Shown here: positions 24,595-37,384 of the stretch, piece by piece | How the letters are laid out: every line of letters starts with the position of its first letter | Position numbering within the stretch: position 1 is the stretch's first letter | Source: Zootoca vivipara | Lineage: Eukaryota | DNA length: 64,000 bases | NCBI RefSeq assembly: GCF_963506605.1 | Contig: NC_083276.1 | Span: 116,994,001-117,058,000 of the forward strand | Direction of reading: 5' to 3' | The notes under the pieces: model-generated | Seen by the model: the letters and a program-made list of their open reading frames with translations, nothing else | Database searches by the model: none | Told to the model about the DNA's origin: nothing | Position numbers and translations under genes: made by a program

Positions 24595-27122
24595 CTGTGG
24601 AGTGGGAAATAAAAAGCGTTTCAATTACAAGGGGGAAATTGCGCATCCGCCCTCAGTAGAGTGTATCTGAAATCCTTTCTGGGGAGCAGTTTCTTTTTAG
24701 TATTTGAGGTATCGGTGGCCTGAAAACGAAGCACACCTCACCCATTCCTCAAAAAGGTCCAAATCGCTCTCCGTTAGCAATCCTGCCCATACAGCGAATC
24801 ATTCCCAATTCGAGACATTGCAGCCCAATTCGAGCCTGCAGTAGTTGTTGCAACCCTTGGACGCGGTTTGTTACCCTGGTCATCAAAGGCAGAGTTAACC
24901 CCCGTTAGCTGGTGGATATCAGTGATGCAGAAAGAGGTGGAGGGTGGGAGGGAGAAGATAGGGAAGAAAATAAATTCAGGCTGTTTTGCAACTCTCTGAG
25001 TTTTTAATTTAAACCCCCCTGCCCACCGTGTTTCAGAATTATTATTATTTTAAACTGAAGGTGGAGAAACACTTTGATTTTTTTTCTTTTAAAAAAATCA
25101 AATCAAATCAAAAGCAATCGTTGTCCAATGGCTAAGTTTTGTTTCCCTTAAAGCAAAAGCAAACAGAAGCCTTTCTGAATTATAAGGAGGCACTAACAAC
25201 AGGGGTAGCCAACATGGAGCCCTCCAGATATTGTAGCTCTCATCAGCACAGCCCCAATGGTCATGGCTTATGGGATCTGAAGTCCAACATCCATGATCCA
25301 AAATGCATCTGGAGTAGGTTCCCATTGTACGGACACCTGGCTTCTCCCTCAGCACCTTCAGCTGGAAGTATGTAAAACAATAGGACCTGCTTTGGAGCAA
25401 TGTGTAAAAATGCTGGAACATGGAATTGTCTTCTCCCTTTGTTTGTATCTCTGTGTGTGATATCAATTTGGATTGTGAGGGTTGAATCCCGGCTTCCCCT
25501 CCTAGCCCCCACCCCTGCCCACTTCTGTCCTAGTTCTTTGCTTTCCAAGTGCCTATGTAACTAAAAGGGTGAGGTTGGGGCGATTGCCAGGAGTTGACTT
25601 TTATCAACAACACTGAGCCCTGGGCATGGTTTTGCTGCTGTACAAAGTTGATTCCACAATTCTATTTGGAGGGGAGACCACAACAAAGGAAGTGAGTGTC
25701 ACTCTGCATCAAAGAAAAGTTGGAGCTTCTGATCTGCTTCTTCCTCCACTACTCACCCCAATGTCAGTAAGAATCTCACAAATGGTACCTTGGAAAATAT
25801 TGTGTTGTCCGTTCTCAGTTCAGCTAAAAAAGTCAAGGGGCCTCTTCCAACTCTTATGATTCTAAGGGCAATAGCTACAGGAAGCAGAGCTTACTGGGGG
25901 GATGGACCTGGACCCTAAATCCTGGTTCTTATTTGTCAAATGGTACTGGGCAGGGATCAATTCAGATTATCTTCAAAGCTCCACTCTAATTTCAGAGAGC
26001 CCAGTGTTAAGGGCGAACTTAGCCCATGGTGGATCCAATGGGCAAGAAGGCAGTTTCTGCATGTGCTGGAGAGGGAAGTAAGGGGCAGATGGGGCTGGGA
26101 AGGCAGCCCACCTAGGGGAAGGAACATTCTGATCCTAAACCTCTCCTGCCTTCTTCCAGAGAAGAAAAGGCTAAGGAGGAAACCTTGCCCAAATCGAGAG
26201 TGGAGTCCCTAAGATAGTTGGGTGGTGGTTTGTATGCCTCCTTCTGGCAACCCCTGCAGCCAAGCTGGTGCCAAACCTATTGCTCTGCTTTCCTCTGGAC
26301 CACATCAGTGAGGCTGAGAGGGGAGTCTTGTTCTCTGGGTAGCTCAGGACCTCTATGCACACTGCCCAGGCTTGTGCCCCGAGGAGGTCACTTTGGTGCT
26401 GCTAACACAGTGGTCTGATTTCACTCCTGGAGGTGCACTCCATTGTCTCTCGAGACAGACAGATGCCAACAATAGATTGGTTGCAGCACGAACTTTTGTA
26501 AGCAGCAGCTTATTTCAGCAGATGCATCAGGGAGAGCAAAAGCACTCCAGCTTGGCACTCCAGGAGAGGCTCCCCGTTTGCAACCAAAACACTCAAGTCC
26601 TATCTGCAGAAATGGAGGCTAAATACACTGCCTTCGAAATGTCAGCCTGCCACAGCTTTCACTTAAACACAATGGACACAGCCTCCAAAGGACAACACAA
26701 AAGCTGTGATCCCAAAGTCCTCCCTTGATGCTGTGGTCACCGGGAATTCAACACGTCTCTGCAAACTCTCCTCCCCAGCCTGTTTAGCACGATAGATGGG
26801 GATGCTAAAGCCGACTGAGCAGTTTCAGTGCAGTAACAGATCGTGATGTCTTTATACATAAGAAAATCCTTCAGCCCACGTTTCCCAGAAGGTTGTGAGT
26901 CTTGGGGTAGCCCCAGTGTTATTGGACTTCCAATTCCTAGTCATTGGTCATGGTGGCTAGGGCTGATGAGAGTTGTAATCAAACAATTATCTGGAAGGCA
27001 TGTTGACCATGCTGCACTATAGTCTTGCAACATGTCAAAATGTTAAAAGAACCAGACACCTCACACCACACACCCCCACAACCAAACTAACTCCCAACAG
27101 TAGATATCCCTCCAGTCTAAAG

Positions 27123-27320
27123 CAGGGGTAGCTAATGGAAAGGCCTTCTTACGGAGATGTCAAACTTCCGGGTGGCCGTGGAAGTAAGATCCTATCCCAT
27201 GACCAACAAAGTAGGGGGGGGGATACTCAGAAATCAGATGTTATGCACCACAAAACTCCCATAATCCCTGGCTACTGATTATGTTGGCTGTGGCTGATGG
27301 GAACTGGAGTCTGTTTGGAG
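27123..27320. mobile_element. Old MITE fragment interrupted by a copy of part of METAP1D exon 7
   Basis: CAGGGGTAGCTAATG...CAGATGTT...AACTCCCATAATCCCTG; related fragments at ~25199, ~26900 and ~27800. Confidence 0.6.
27146..27217 (-). pseudogene. Partial duplicate (pseudo-exon) of METAP1D exon 7
   Basis: 27161-27217 equals 28041-28097 with 1 mismatch in 57 nt. The alignment extends through the GTAAGAA donor. The copy has TGG>TGA and no acceptor. Confidence 0.85.
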
Positions 27321-28032
27321 GTGGGGAGAACAGCAAACAAAATGCAACTCTGGAAACTGTTGAAATCAGTAATGCGCCAGGGGTTTGTGTTTTGTTGCTG
27401 TTGTAATTTTAACAGTTTCGCTCAGCCAGGGGTGCTGCTAGATATTTTAAAAGATTCAGGGTACACACCCATGATGAAAATGTGCACATGCTAATTTATA
27501 TGTATCGATGCAAGACCAGGTCTTTCTGATCATATTAAGGTGGCTGGTGGCTGGGGTCTCGCAGGCGCCGAGCTTTGGAGCGGGGCTGGAAGTCCCTATA
27601 TGCAAAACAAACATGAATACAAATAAGGGCAGGGAAGGGTAGGAGATATAGGGGCCAGCATAAAAGAGGCAGGGCTCAAGGGTCTTAGACTACTCTCCAA
27701 GAACACCTCTGCAAATAATCCCCAGTGTCTTTTGATACATGCAGGCTTGGGGCAACTGTGCCGGACGTGACGAGTGCAGACTTAAGCTTTCCCTCTTAGG
27801 TAATGTGGTTGGACTACAGCATCCATCATTCATGGCTACTGGCCATGCTAATTGGGGCTAATGGGAGTTGTAGTCCAACAACATTTGGAGGTCACCACAC
27901 TGGCTGTTTTAAGACTATTTCCCACTTGCATTCCCCTCCTTCTTTTTTAAGCTGGAAAGGAGGAGCACATCTCCTGCATGTGAACACTCAAGTGCGAGGC
28001 TCATGAACCGATGATGGATGGATCATTCTTAC

Positions 28033-28130
28033 CATGATGCCAAACTTCCGGGTGGCCGTGGAAGTAAGATCCTATCCCATGCCCAACAAAGTAGGGGCAA
28101 ACTCGTAAATCATTCTGACGGGCTATATGG
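28033..28130 (-). CDS. METAP1D: METAP1D exon 7 (98 nt)
   Basis: TTAAAG|C...G|GTAAGA. Encodes HIARQNDLRVCPYFVGHGIGSYFHGHPEVWHH, with the GHGIG metal-ligand motif. Confidence 0.96.
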
Positions 28131-28566
28131 CTTTAAAGGAGAGGAAAAGTGAAAGCATTTAATAGGAAAGAAAAAGACACTCCAGAATTCAAAGAATGAA
28201 TCAAACTTTCAATCTCTTCAGATACATATTCATGCTTGTTTCAATTAACCCATTACGGACTTCCCTCGGTTCAGTAAAATTCAGTGCTGCAAGTTCAGTG
28301 CGGCTTAAACTACATTCTTTGAGCAATGTAACAATTCTGCCACATTTCTCATGTGGCTGGGTGCTTCCCAAGTGCTCACCTACGGAATAGCAAACACTGT
28401 CTTTAAAAAGATCATGGCCTCCCATAAAAAGCTCTCTGCCCCAGGAAGACACAATAAGGTGGGTAACTTCAGTGGTTAGCTTTGGAAGACAAGAGAGGAA
28501 TCTTCCTTTCACAGGGTAATCCTGGTACTAAAAAACAAGACAACCCTTTAAAAGCAAAGTTTTGTA

Positions 28567-29080
28567 CAGTGGTACCTCGCTAGACGAACGCCTCGCGGCA
28601 CGAAAAAATCGCAAGACGAAAACGTTTTGCGATTTTTTGGCAGACTCGCAAGAAGAAGTTTTCTATGGCCGTGCCATAGAAAACTTCGCAAGATGAAGCC
28701 ATGAGGAGAAAGTCAGACCGAGAGCCCGCCTGCCTCGCGTTTCCGCCGCTGCCATCACCTGGCTTCCGCAGCAGCCAGATCCCCCCTCACTCACCTTAAG
28801 CCGCCTGCGCACGAACGGGCTGTCTGTCTGGTTGGGTGCGAGGGTCCAGCCGCTGGGGAAGGAGGGAGGGAGCCTCTCCCTGGCCCTCCTCCTGCTTCCC
28901 CCTGAAAAACTTCTGGCCATGGCGGGTGAGTCGGCACCCTTTTTTTGTGCTCCCCCCCATAGGAACGCATGAATTGAATTTCAATGCATTCCTATGGGAA
29001 ACCGTGCTTCGCAAGATGAAATTATCGCAACACGAAAAGACTCGTGGAACGAATTAATTTCGTCTTGCGAGGTACCACTG
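28567..29080. mobile_element. Tc1/mariner (pogo/Tigger-like) non-autonomous element
   Basis: TIR CAGTGGTACCTCGC...GCGAGGTACCACTG flanked by TA duplications; CpG-rich interior. Confidence 0.88.
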
Positions 29081-29679
29081 TATTTATCATGGGACTGGCA
29101 TAGGGTAACTAAGCAGGCAATGCTTTTTAAAGTTCCACCAAGCATCAGATCAGTGTGAGCATTAGTGCTAAGCTGAAAGACAAACCCCAAATCATTTATT
29201 CTACAAATCTAGGCACATATCGGGAGGAAAAAAAAAAGCTATTTTGATAGCCTCCTATGTGATGCTCCCTTATACTGAGTCGGCCCATTGGTTCCATCTA
29301 GCTCAGCAGCCAGCTCTCCAGGCTCTGCCGAGATCCTTTTAATTGGAGACTTAATGTGTACCCTTCAACACACAAAGGAGCCTGCCTTAAAACGAAGTCA
29401 TTGCCCCTCCCCAAGCAAGCTCTTTCGACTCTGAGAAGTACACCTGATATTAATAAAAACCAAATTGTTATTCTCCCCGAAGGCCGTCATCACAGAAAAT
29501 AGACATGGTTGAGCACCTCTCTCCTCAGATGCCATTTTAATGCGTTTGGACAGAAATGCAACACAGGGCTATATTGCAGCCACCACAATTGCCGAGTGGA
29601 CAAAACCTTTAGGTTGCATTCCAAAGCACTTTTAAACGGCCAAGTTTACATGCGCAGTTAACACCGGTAAATTAATATA

Positions 29680-29910
29680 CAGTGGTACCTCTGGTTAAGA
29701 ACTTAATTCGTTCCGGAGGCCCGTTCTTAACCTGAGAGTGTTCCTAACCTGAGGTACCACTTTAGCTAATGGGGCCTCCCGCTGCTGCCGCACGATTTCT
29801 GTTCTCATCCTGAAGCAAAGTTCTTAACCCGAGGTACTACTTCTGGGTTAGTGGAGTCTGTAACCTGAAGCGTTTGTAACCCAAAGTGTTTGTAACCTGA
29901 GGGACCACTG
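29680..29910. mobile_element. Tc1/mariner-type MITE
   Basis: TA|CAGTGGTACCTC...GAGGGACCACTG|TA. Confidence 0.87.
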
Positions 29911-30869
29911 TATTTTTTTAAATAGAAAAGGTCAATATTTTCCCAGAGTAGGACAGAATTTGCACAGGCTGGCAATTTGCTAACGAGCTTCAGTTTCCAC
30001 AGCATTAAGATACAAGGTACAACCCACAAAAAACCCAGTTCAGTGACGGTGGTTTGAGGGATCTTTTATATTGGGTACCTGGGTGAACTTATATTGTCCA
30101 TTATAACAGGCTGGGAGTAAAATGAGTAATGAATGGCAAATGCCGTTAGTTCAAGAGAAGCATCTGAAATAAGCATGGCTCTTGGAAGTGAAACATACGG
30201 CATCAAAGGGTATTTAATCTGGCCATAGAACATAGATGAAATGTTGCAGTACATTCTCACCTTGTAACAGGAGTGCTTCATTTCAGAGTTCAAGCCAGAC
30301 CAATTGACTCCTTGCTCCATTATATTGTGTTTTTAGGGGAAGGGGTAGAGGAGGACTATTTTGCTATTTTTAAAAAATGATTTTTAAATAGTTCTGCAAA
30401 ACTCAAGGATCCCCAGAGCTTGCTGCTGTCCCCTTTTCATTTCAGTGTTTGGGCTGCAGTGCCTAATCAGTGTGAAATATATTTTCACATTTCCCTATTT
30501 TTATAAACAATATAAAATATTTTATATAAACAATATTTTATAAAAAAACAAAACCGTGTTTATGGAAGACAATCTTACTCGGCTACGAGTGATCGCCAAA
30601 GAAGAAGAAGAAGAAATTTTTATACATGGCAGATGGCTGACGTGTTTTGCGGAACAGAGACGGAGGTCTTCAGTCAGAAGACTCTTTAGGCACTCTTCCT
30701 GGAATTTAAGAACACCACCACCACTTAAAAGGGAATCACATGGAATGAAAGTGGATTGGATGAAAGTTTAAGGTCCCACTTGCTCCAATTCCTGTTCCAC
30801 AAAAGCCTCACTTAGGTGCATTACATCACCTTAGAGACAACAAATGGCTGTTGTAGTTTTCTACAACAT

Positions 30870-31226
30870 GGAGGTGGGTGGTGCTGTGGTCTAAACCACT
30901 GAGCCTCTTGGGCCTGCCGATCGGAAGGTTGGCAGTTCAAATCTGCACAACGGCGTGAGCTCCCAGCTTCTGCCAACCTAGCAATTCGAGAGCATGCCAG
31001 TGCAAGTAGATAAATGGGTACCACTGTGGCAGGAAGGTAAACTGTGTTTCTGTGTGCTCTGGTTTCCGTCACGGTGTTCCGTTGTGCCAGTAGCGGTTTA
31101 GTCATGCTGGCCACATGTCTGTGGACGAATGCCGGCTCCCTCGGCCTGAAAGCAAGATGAGCGCCACAACCCCATAGTCGCTTTTGACTGGACATAACCA
31201 TCCAGGGGTCCTTTATCTTTACCTTT
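30870..31226 (+). mobile_element. Sauria SINE
   Basis: tRNA-derived head (TGGTGCTGTGG..GGCAGTTCAAATC), conserved body GCAAGTAGATAAAT.GGTACC and (ACCTTT)-type tail. Confidence 0.9.
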
Positions 31227-31383
31227 TGCTCTTGAAATGAGCACAGTAATATGTCAGTGTGTATATGGAAGGCATGAGAGACTGCATTCATAAATTCTGC
31301 CACGTATATACTTTTGATGTGGAAATGTTGCAATGACCTCTCTTAACAGAGCCATCATCCTGTGTTATTTGCAGTGGCATGTG

Positions 31384-31427
<44 letters not shown>

Positions 31428-31431
<4 letters not shown>

Positions 31432-31659
31432 GGTACCTCAGTTTTGGAACGTAATTCATTCCGGAAGACCGTTTGAGTTCTGAAACGTTCAAAAACCAAG
31501 GTGCAAAGGGCAGTCTGCAAATTTAATTGAGAAACACTCAGCGGAAGGTGTTCAACTTCCGAGGTGTGTTCGAAAATGGAAGCACTTACTTCCGGGTTTT
31601 TGGCATTCGAGTTCCGAAATGTTCGTCAATGGAGACATTAGAAAACCAAGGTACCATTG
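31428..31659. mobile_element. Tc1/mariner-type MITE
   Basis: CAGTGGTACCTC...AAGGTACCATTG|TA; the left flank is a (CA)n tract. Confidence 0.82.
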
Positions 31660-32929
31660 TATATATTCAGTAACACTTTTCACAGTGCAATAAAAGACAA
31701 GCTAGTTACACACACCCAAAAATAAGAGAATAAAAGAACAAAGAAAAGATAGAAGAGATAGAAAAATACAGGATCCTCTCTCACAAACATATCTTAACTT
31801 TTGTCCCATTCAGAAAAGGGGGGGGTCCTTCCTGCTTTCACCTGGGGGTGCCCCTCTCTTCTCCCAGCCTCTCACCCTTTGAGATTTCCCCTTCACTGTC
31901 TCTCACACAGGGACTTTGATTTCCACACAGTTTATGAGCTTAGCAGAAGCCCAAGGGTCGAGGCATTTAAAGAAGCTACATTTATTTTATTTTGGGAAAA
32001 AAGTTGACTATACTTGCCGGTGTGATTTCAAATAAATCACCCTATCTGCCCGTAAAGGTGAGGACTTGGTTCCTTCCTCTGGGTCTATTTACATGCAGCT
32101 TTTGTTGCATCTGCCCACACATTTACCCCATTGCTCAAGAATGTGCTGCCACTACAATAGCGCTGCCATTACAGTGAATGGCACCCCAGAGCTGGAAAGT
32201 GGAAGAGTGAAAAACTAGGTCAATAACTTTTAATGTTGCTCACAGATAACACCTTGAATGGATTTCTTTTTTTTTTTTTGAACAGGCCCTATAGATTAGC
32301 TACTGCTTGCCTACCACACCAACAACAAAAAAAAATCTTTAGCTATTACAGTATTTTGTTTGATTCTGGAACACAGCAGAGTATAGATCTCAAATGTATG
32401 ATAGCTCAAATGTCTTTATGGATCTCCTAAATACTCACAGGGAGTTAAGTAATGACACAAAGAAGCAGGAACATGGAAGTTAAAAGATTTTTCTTTTTTA
32501 AAAAAAATCTCACTAGGATTTGAGAGGTGATTTTTTTTTAAAAAAAACACAATGGTTTCACCAGAGTCACCGAAAAGAGCAGTAGAAATGAGAAGCTAGG
32601 AAGTTAACAGTTTTCTCACTTAACACATAAAAACGAACAGAAAAAAAGAGATAAGAACAAGCAATTCATTATTTCTCTCTCTCCCCCCCCCCCCAAGCAC
32701 CAAGCCTTTGTATATCTCTCTGCTTTTCGCCAAGTGTGTGCTTGCTGGTGCCAAAATAATTTAATCAATTTTTTTATATTGCCTGAATTTGCCTGAATTT
32801 TTCTTGCTGCTTATCTTGAGACACTAATGGAGACTGTCTTTTTTCATGCTTTACTCTGAAGCAGCAACAGAAGTCCCCCCCCCCAGTAAATTTTAAAAAA
32901 GGAAATTGAAAAAGAAGCGAAAGAGAAGA

Positions 32930-33830
32930 AAATACTGAAAATAAAGGAATGGGTGGAGAAAAGGAGAAGCAAATGATAAGTAAGAGGAGCTCTACCAGGA
33001 AGTAAAATAACTTTGTTTAACTGTTATACAACTGGAGCAATGGACAAAGAAATGGTGAAAGGAAAACAAGAAATGCAAAGAATATACAAAATTTAGGGGG
33101 GTGGGGAGATTATAAAAAGGGGGGATAATGAAGAAAATATAGTTATAAAAGGGGAAACCAGCAAAATTGATAAAATATTAGTAGAAATGGATCAATTAAA
33201 AGAGGTGTGGGGGAAAAAAGAGACAAGGCAGGTAAAAGCTTGGGGGGGGGGATAAAAGAAAAATACACTTAGAAAATGTTGCCTATAAGGAAAAAAGAAA
33301 ATTACTGTAAGTTAGTATGGAGATGGTATTTAACCACCAGTAAGATTAAATCAAATAAACAAGGAATATTCGGTGCTATGTCGAAGGGGACTTATGTTCA
33401 CATGTGGTGGGGGTGTAAATATGTATATATATATATTTTGGCAAAGGGTGTTTAAGGAGATAACAGAAATCACTGGGTTAAAGGTCCAGAGGTACCTAGC
33501 ATTGTTATCAATTTACAATGGGGGTGGAAGGTTCGCAGGCTATTGAGGACTTGCTCACAAATTTATTGACAGCTGTGTGAGTTAAGATAGCTAGGAAGTG
33601 CAAGATGAATATAAAATGGAAGAATTGTATAAAGAATTGCATAAAGAGATGTGGAATATAGCTAGTAATGATAAATTAACATGCACTATTAAGGTAAGAT
33701 GGGGGATATGCAGGAGAAATTATTTTGAGGAGATATGGAAGGTATTTGTAGAATTTGTACTGTTAAAACAGAAAGGGGTCAAGCCATCACAAGAGGTGTT
33801 GAAATTTTTGGAGGTTGGATAGTTATAATG
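32930..33830 (+). mobile_element. Degenerate L1-clade LINE ORF2 3' fragment
   Basis: Purine-rich; remnants of WRWYLT, HMWWGCK and FWQ..F.EI motifs typical of the L1 ORF2 C-terminal Cys-rich region, with stops and frameshifts. Confidence 0.7.
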
Positions 33831-33950
33831 GAATATGTCTCAGGGGTGTGGGGTGCACATTTTTATTATTTTGTTAAAAGAAAAAATTAAATGTATTTTT
33901 TTTTAATTCCCCAACATTGTATTTTCATTCAAAATATAATCTGTTGTCTG

Positions 33951-33985
<35 letters not shown>

Positions 33986-35332
33986 TTAAATCAACCAAAG
34001 CAAAACAGCTGGCTAAAGCATGGGCTTCTAATCAACATCACTAGTCAGAAGATCTAAGGACGTAAATGTGTAATCCATTCATTTGGGCAGAGTTTCTAAT
34101 GCATGTCTGAAATGCCCATTCAGAACAGCAGACATTTGATACTATTGGATGTAATATTGTGAAAGATGACAACAATACCAGTATATTGCACATCCATACT
34201 GCATTGTGTTTCTGCCAGTGAAGCATCTGATACTGATTGGCTGAGCCAGTGTGATAGCATGGAATATTGTTTACAAACCTTCAAGATGCTGGGAGAGCAA
34301 AGCTGTCCATGTTTGCAGTTCTGCTTCTATGAAGGAAGGGAAGGTCGCTAGTTTGGCTGGGATTAAACCACGCACTGGCCGCCCCAGGGATAGGAGACGT
34401 TTTGTGTGGCAGGGTGAGAACTGGGAAGAAATCTCAGGAAGTAGGGAAGCTGGGAGCTCAGAGACAAGCTGGCTGAGTAGGCATGTGCAAAGCAGGCAAT
34501 GAACAAGAAACTGAGCAAAGAGAAGGAGACAACAGCATGAAGGGCAGAGGGGAAAAGATTCTGTGGGGAGGAGATCTGGAAAAGTCTCACAACATTTTAA
34601 GATCAGAGCAGGCTTCCAATGGGAGAAGAGGGGAGAGGAGCACTGGAGAAAGAGACAAAATAGTCAGGAAAGCGTGGAGTGAAAGAAACAATGGGAAGTG
34701 GAGACATGAAGAAAGGAAAGTGCAAGGGCAGAAGACAAGTGGAAAGGGAGCTGTGGAAGGCAGATGAAGCATGGGGTTTCGATATCTAAAATGTAGACTA
34801 AGGCTGCACTATTTTTTTTGGGGGGGGGTGGATTTTCGGAGCAGAAATGCAGCTCTGGAGGACACATGTTCTTCAAACGTTGGACCTTTTTGCTGCTGCT
34901 GCTGCTTGGGTTTACTTTTCTTCACTGCCCTTCTCAACAACTGTTTCAGCATCTTTAATAAATAAAACCAATTTGTCTCGACAGGAAGCATTACTCTCAC
35001 TCTGTTCAGACAAATTTGTCACAAATATGCAAACGCCTCTGCCTCGTCACAGATTCCCTTACAGTTACCAAATACAGAGGAGTTTTCATGTGGGTTGGGA
35101 GGCTGAAAATGCTTTTAGACTTCATCCTTTATCCTGTATCCTTTAAGAGTTAGGTAGAAGCCAGATTTCTGCAAGCTGTGGTTTTCCAATCACTACATAT
35201 TATAGCCTAACAAATCTGGCCTCCCCCAGAAAAACCCAAAGTCAACATACACTGGAGGTAAAACCACACAAATCTCCCTATTGGCTGCAAGACAGAAGTC
35301 TGGTATTATTTCATTGCAAAGATGCCCTATGC

Positions 35333-35468
35333 CAGGCATCCCCAAACTGAGGCCCTCCAGATGTTTTAGCCTACAACTCCCATGATCCCTAGCTAACAGG
35401 ACCAGTGGTTGGGGAAGGTGGGAATTGTAGTCCAAAACATCTGGAGGGCTGAAGTTTGGGGATGCCTG
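35333..35468. mobile_element. Palindromic 136-bp hAT MITE
   Basis: TIR CAGGCATCCCCAAACT; 8-bp TSD CCCTATGC. Confidence 0.9.
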
Positions 35469-36302
35469 CCCTATGCCTTGTTACTGCCTGAAGGTCTGTG
35501 ATGTAACAGAATGCTTATATGTTTTGACTTAGTATTTGTATTCTGCTTTTCTGAACAACACTGAGCTCAAAGTGGCTCACAGTAAAACAAAACAATGAGC
35601 AGACATAATTGTACCACATGCCAATAATGCTCCTTACTGGCTGCTAACAAGCTAAGCTGCTAGCACGAAGAACTTACAGGTGGGGCTGTATTCTGTTGTT
35701 GGAAACAGATATAGGCTGGATCTACACAGATTTTTAAAAAACGCTATGAAAATGCTGTTTTAAAAAACGTAAAATATATGGAATTTGCCATTAGCTCATC
35801 AGCGCCTGTGTGTCCTATAAAGACACACAAGGAGCTACAACTATTGTATTGGTGAGAAGCTATTAGACACAAGAGTATGAGAATAATGTGGGCTGTCTGT
35901 GTACAAATGGCAGAATGGGGGTTGTGATTAGGGTATGTGAATAGGCAATGAGGGAAGAGTAGGTACAACAAACATACACACACCACATTTTTTAATCTCC
36001 TGCTGTGATTTCACGGACATTTGGCGAACATTCTAGTAGCTTTCAGTGTTGGTTTCTGCAGGAAGATTTCTTTGAGGCGTCTTTCACCACGGGGCACTCA
36101 GGATGTGAGCCACAAAACAGCTGGGAAGTCAGCATTCCTGAGCTCAGTGCCAAATGGCTCTAAGCCAGGGTTGGCTAAAGTGGTGGCCACGGGTGCATAG
36201 GCACTCAAAGAAGTCTTTCCTGGTGCCCACCGTGTCCCCTCCTTCCGTTTGCTGAGATTAGACTTGAAATAAAGCATTCAAGGGCCATTTTTATTTGCCA
36301 CT

Positions 36303-36505
36303 TTAACCAAGCCTTGGGCTGATTGACACCCGATACCCTTTTAAATGTGTTGTGGAAGGGGGGATTACTGGTTTGTTTCTGTTCTTATTTTTATCATGTA
36401 TTTTGTGTTTTTCATATTGGAATTTTATGTTGTGAACCGCCCTTAGATCTACAGGTATAGGGCGGTATACTACTACTACTACTGCTACTGCTACTACTAC
36501 TACTA
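36303..36505 (+). mobile_element. L2-type LINE 3' end
   Basis: GTGAACCGCCC...AGGGCGGTAT stem-loop followed by a (TAC)n tail. Confidence 0.65.
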
Positions 36506-36578
36506 ATTTTGCAACCAACAGAATAGGTTGCAGTGTGTGCATGGTTGTGGGCTGTGTAGGATATCCATGGGAGTTTAA

Positions 36579-36959
36579 GAGGAATGGGTGGCACTGCGGT
36601 CTAAACCCCTGAGCCCCTTGGGCTTGCCGATCGGAAGGTCGGAGGTTCAAATCCCCGTGGACGGAGTGAGCTCCTGTTGCTCTGCCCCAGCTCCTGCCAA
36701 CCTAGAAGTTCGAAAGCACGCCAGCGCGAGTAGATAAACAGATACAGCTGCAGCGGGAAGGTAAACGGCATTTCCGTGCGCTCTGGCACTTCTCATAGTC
36801 CTCCGTGTACCAGTAGCGGTTTAGTCATGCTGGCCACATGACCCGGAAAGCTGTCTGTAGACAAACACCAGCTCCCTCAGCCTGAAAAGCAAGATGAAAG
36901 CCACATCCCATAGTCGCCTTTGACTGGACCTAGCCGTCCGGGGGTCATTTACCTTTACC
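36579..36959 (+). mobile_element. Sauria SINE
   Basis: Same family as 30870-31226; tail TTTACCTTTACC. Confidence 0.9.
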
Positions 36960-37040
36960 ATGGCAGTTTCTCTGATTTGCAAATATGCCATGGGCCGAAA
37001 AAGGATGATGACCCCTCCATTAACCCATCTTAAAGGGATC

Positions 37041-37384
37041 GTAAAGGTAAAGAGACCCCTGACCATTAGGTCCAGTCGTGACCAACTCTGGGGTTGCGCG
37101 CTCATCTCGCATTATTGGCCGAGGGAGCTGGCGTATAGCTTCCAGGTCATGTGGCCAGCATGACAAAGCTGCTTCTGGCAAACCAGAGCAGCACATGGAA
37201 ACGCCGTTTACCTTCCCGCTGTAGCGGTTCCTATTTATCTACTTGCATTTTGACGTGCTTTCGAACTGCTAGGTTGGCAGGAGCTGGGACCAAGCAACGG
37301 GAGCTCACCCCATCACAGGGATTCGAACCGCCGACCTTCTGATCAGCAAGCTCAGTGGTTTAACCACAGCGCCACCTGGGTCCC
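37041..37384 (-). mobile_element. Sauria SINE (inverted)
   Basis: Reverse-orientation copy with 10-bp TSD TAAAGGGATC (37031-37040 / 37385-37394). Confidence 0.92.

Noticed and set aside
30870-30960. tRNA-like A/B boxes
   Set aside because: They are SINE heads, not tRNA genes.
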